DNA of 63,812 nucleotides, the filler included, from Octopus bimaculoides (Eukaryota), in assembly GCF_001194135.2 (NCBI RefSeq). It is 5 parts of 4 records of this genome, joined end to end, with 100 filler letters (N's around TTAATTAATTAA, not from the genome) between each part and the next. Parts side by side here need not be neighbours in the genome. Positions count along the whole stretch, not along the records: positions 62,078 to 63,812 come from NC_068993.1; 4 more parts are not named here. One strand, given 5' to 3'. A program made the translations under genes and the position numbers. Each line of letters opens with the position of its first letter. Positions within the stretch are counted from its first letter, which is position 1. The notes under the pieces are model-generated. The model did not search any database and was not told the DNA's origin. It saw nothing but the letters and a program-made list of their open reading frames with translations. Shown here piece by piece: positions 63,043 through 63,812 of the stretch.

Positions 63043-63152
63043 TTAACAAGAATAGTATTGACAGTCTCTTCGAAGTTTCGGCCAGCTAAGCCATTATCGG
63101 ACAGTCCAATAATGGCTTAATTGGCCAATACTGTCTATAATATTCTTGTTAA
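63043..63152. repeat. 110-bp imperfect palindrome (mini foldback) bounded by TTAA
   Basis: ttaacaagaata...gacagt / actgtc...tattcttgttaa; inner ggccagctaagccattatcgga-cag-tccaataatggcttaattggcc. Confidence 0.8.
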
Positions 63153-63462
63153 AGAATACTCGATTTGTACTTATGAAATGTATTGAGTAATCCACCAAGC
63201 TGTTACGGGGAGGTAAACACACCAGTACCGGTTGTTAAATGGTGGTGAGGAAGAAGAGCATGAGGACACATAAACACATACACATACGTACACACATACG
63301 CACGTATACATACACACACATATATATATACACATATATATATGTATGTATATTATATATATAAATATATTATATACATAGGCACATACACATATTTAAA
63401 AACATACAAACGCACAAACATACACACACACACACACACGGGTGTGCCTATACACACATACA

Positions 63463-63510
<48 letters not shown>

Positions 63511-63512
<2 letters not shown>

Positions 63513-63812
63513 GGCGTATGGCTTAGTGGTTAGGGTGTTGCACTCACGGTCGCGAGAACTTTGGTTCGATTCCCAGACCAGGCGTCGCGTTATGTTTTTG
63601 GGCAAAGTACTTCACTTTACGTTGTTCTGCGATCATTTCGACATTTGACATGTAGCACCCAGTCGCACCTGTACAGGTAATGCCGATTTGATGGAGGGAA
63701 TGAGCTTATGTCTACACAAACATCTGATCACTATAAACAAATCATCTGTGTGGTTGTTCGGTAAGAAAATGTCGAACCCTCATACGTCGTCTAACGACGG
63801 AGAGCTCATTAT
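63511..63812 (+). mobile_element. Family E tRNA-derived SINE (runs to window end)
   Basis: A box tggcttagtggtt, B box ggttcgattccc, then tttgggcaaagtacttcac. Confidence 0.75.

Noticed and set aside
63511-63590. tRNA-like sequences with A and B boxes (here and at other SINE heads)
   Set aside because: No complete cloverleaf or acceptor stem; all continue into SINE bodies, so they are not tRNA genes

Overview
AT-rich, repeat-saturated eukaryotic genomic DNA with many assembly gaps. The SINE, microsatellite and transposon repertoire looks like a coleoid cephalopod, most likely Octopus; this is an inference, not a database match. No intact protein-coding gene, rRNA, true tRNA gene or CRISPR array is visible, and almost all ORF-track entries are microsatellite or N-gap artefacts. 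The window holds several tRNA-derived SINE families (ad hoc labels A, B, E, F, G) and an RTE-tail family (C). It also holds RTE, L1/Tx1, Penelope and Gypsy retroelement relics, four decayed Tc1/mariner transposons with derived MITEs, TTAA-flanked piggyBac-type MITEs, Helitron ends and several long foldbacks. The best leads are: (1) a tRNA-headed SINE-like element carrying a minimal hammerhead ribozyme (~36995-37279, minus strand), plus two more hammerhead-like cores; (2) a switch from CpG-decayed to CpG-retaining repeat copies near 26 kb, suggesting the left part is a methylated gene body with tiny exons; (3) a PHD-type finger inside the RTE ORF2; (4) multiple long inverted repeats that could form dsRNA. 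Repeat boundaries were set by eye and are approximate (about +/-20 bp) unless TIRs or TSDs are quoted.
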